Origin: Bispira polyomma
Lineage: Eukaryota
Assembly: GCA_965649765.1 (NCBI GenBank)
Contig: OZ287750.1
Coordinates: forward strand, 67,580,001 to 67,644,000
DNA length: 64,000 nucleotides
Reading direction: 5' to 3'
Positions 62,205 through 64,000 of this stretch are shown here, piece by piece (within the stretch, counting starts at the first letter, position 1; every line of letters begins with the position of its first letter). Below the pieces are notes generated by a model. The model searched no databases. It was not told the DNA's origin and saw nothing but the letters and a program-made list of their open reading frames with translations. The position numbers and the translations under genes were made by a program.

Positions 62205-64000
62205 AATGCTTAAAATTTTCTTATTGTAATATTGTATTCTCAAAAAACAACACAAAGTCCTATTCTCAATAATAATCTCAACAATATTCTCAATAATAAT
62301 CTCAATAATAATCTCTGTCTGTAGAATTGTTGATAGTTGTGATGTCTCCAAGATACTGTGGCTGAATGAATGCAGATCACTGTCACGAGAATTACATACC
62401 CTCAGGCCGCCTCCCAAAATGCAAGCCGACCAATAAGATTTTGCGCCCAAGTTATCTTTTGACATCCTGATCTATCGTTTCACTCTGCGACCTATCTTTT
62501 GTTCCTCAGAGTTATTTTTTCAATCGGCTGACGCCAATGACTTATCTTTTGTTTGGCCCAACCTATCTTTTCGACCGGGGCTTCCCTAACGACTTAATTT
62601 TTGTTTCCCCCCGAGTTATATTTTCAATCAGGGGCAAACACAGGATCTATCTTTGACAAATGACAGGATAACTCTAAGGTGAAAGGATAACTCGTAATGT
62701 TCCCCAACCTATTTTTATGACAAAAAGATAAGTTTTCAAACAATTTAGGGAAGATTGAAAAGATAGCTCTTTACAAGATAACGATAAATAGTTAGTGGGT
62801 TACGATTGGCCCAATTTATTAATCGGCCATGCCACCCATATTCGCCACTGTTTGTTTGAAAATCTCTGCAACCTCAGCCATTGGAAATGAATTGGGTTTG
62901 TGTACTGGTGGCTGGTGCTGGCTACATCGGTTCCAGATGTTATAATAGATGGTACAGTGTGGAAACGATAAGTCGTTGTAACCCCCCGACCGCCCCGATA
63001 ATTGCCCCGATCTTATAATAGTAATGATTGGGGGCTATGATTAGCATGGTGGAACAGGGGTAGGAAAAAGCCTCAGCTTTTGATGACTCTGGTGTCGGGT
63101 AGTGTAGTTTCATATTACATGTATAATGCGAGCTAATTTGGATTTATCAAAAGAAGAACGTCAAAATTTGGCATTTTCCAAATCCACACCTACCATGACA
63201 AATTTAGGGGAGTAAAAATCTGGCACTATACCGGTAACCTCTAGCTAGCCGGTCCGGGCCGAAGTTCCAATCACCGGCAGTCTTCCATCCTTGCCAGTCT
63301 TTGAAAGATGCATCTCTCCTGGCATGATGAGAACCTTTGGTTCTGTCCAATTTGGCTTCAGTCTACTATCCAAAGCCCCAGTCACACAGTCCTACCGACT
63401 CTTTAAAGAGCTGCTGCAAGCAGAAAAATGTAATAGGTTGCAGAAAGGCTTTTGTAATCTTTAAACTCTCTTGTGTTCGATCCGTGGAGGTTGCTGGAGG
63501 TTCTGCTAGATCCTTGTTGATCCTGAATAGGTTCTGCTCGTGCAGTGGTTACTTCGGTTACAAGTGATTTTTCTGTACAATCCAGATGGTTGCTCGAGGT
63601 CTTTGATTTATCTCCCTCTAATCTGCGATAGGTTCCTTAGAACGTGCCACCTCCGTGCCACAGCTATCTTAAATCTGTCTCCCACCAGTCTGAAGATGGG
63701 TTGTCAATCAAAAAAGCAATATTTGCTGATCTCGGCAAGACGTTGACTAATGCCTAATCGATTGTGCAAACAATCCCGGAGAAGTGTCACCACTTGTCGC
63801 CGACATGTCTACCATTAAAGGAAAATCCCTGATGGCTATTCACTGATCTCTATTAAGTCTCTAACCGGTCTGTACTTAATCCCTGAGTGGTCTCACCACT
63901 TATCACCACATAAGATTCCTAAAGTCAATATCACAGCTGAGGTTGAGGGTACTGGCACCATTGTACCAGAGGGTCACCAGAGAGTCCAACAGGCGCAGGT

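Larger units (their letters stand above)
59908..63061. mobile_element. Decayed PIF/Harbinger transposon, element 2
   Basis: Imperfect TIRs ctgttccactat (59912) / atggtggaacag (63046); convergent transposase and MADF-type genes; subterminal tatcttt/aaagata motifs. Confidence 0.8.

Noticed and set aside
60132-62465. Domesticated HARBI1/NAIF1-like host gene pair
   Set aside because: Stops, frameshifts, loss of the catalytic C-half and flanking TIRs indicate a dead transposon.

Overview
Eukaryotic, AT-rich, CpG-poor animal DNA. The repeat types (Helentron-type non-autonomous elements, tRNA-derived SINEs, Harbinger) suggest an invertebrate, probably a mollusc or other lophotrochozoan; this is inference. 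The window holds seven + strand coding exons of a TIKI/TRABD2 Wnt-inactivating metalloprotease gene: 3631-4191, 24055-24185, 30384-30583, 40203-40296, 41314-41442, 42475-42597 and 43804-43990, here called A-G. I spliced them by hand: all six introns are GT-AG, all phases match, and they total 1425 nt (474 aa + stop). The signal-peptide exon lies upstream of the window. The introns are full of MITEs, SINEs, a LINE 3' fragment, Helentron-like elements and minisatellites. Downstream (55.7-63 kb) are two decayed two-gene PIF/Harbinger transposons. The main observation is that five splice sites of this one gene (4 of 6 donors and 1 acceptor) are each amplified into their own unrelated tandem array. 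Each unit straddles the exon/intron junction, producing runs of 4-21 decoy splice sites that extend only into the intron. Most ORFs in the supplied track are spurious.
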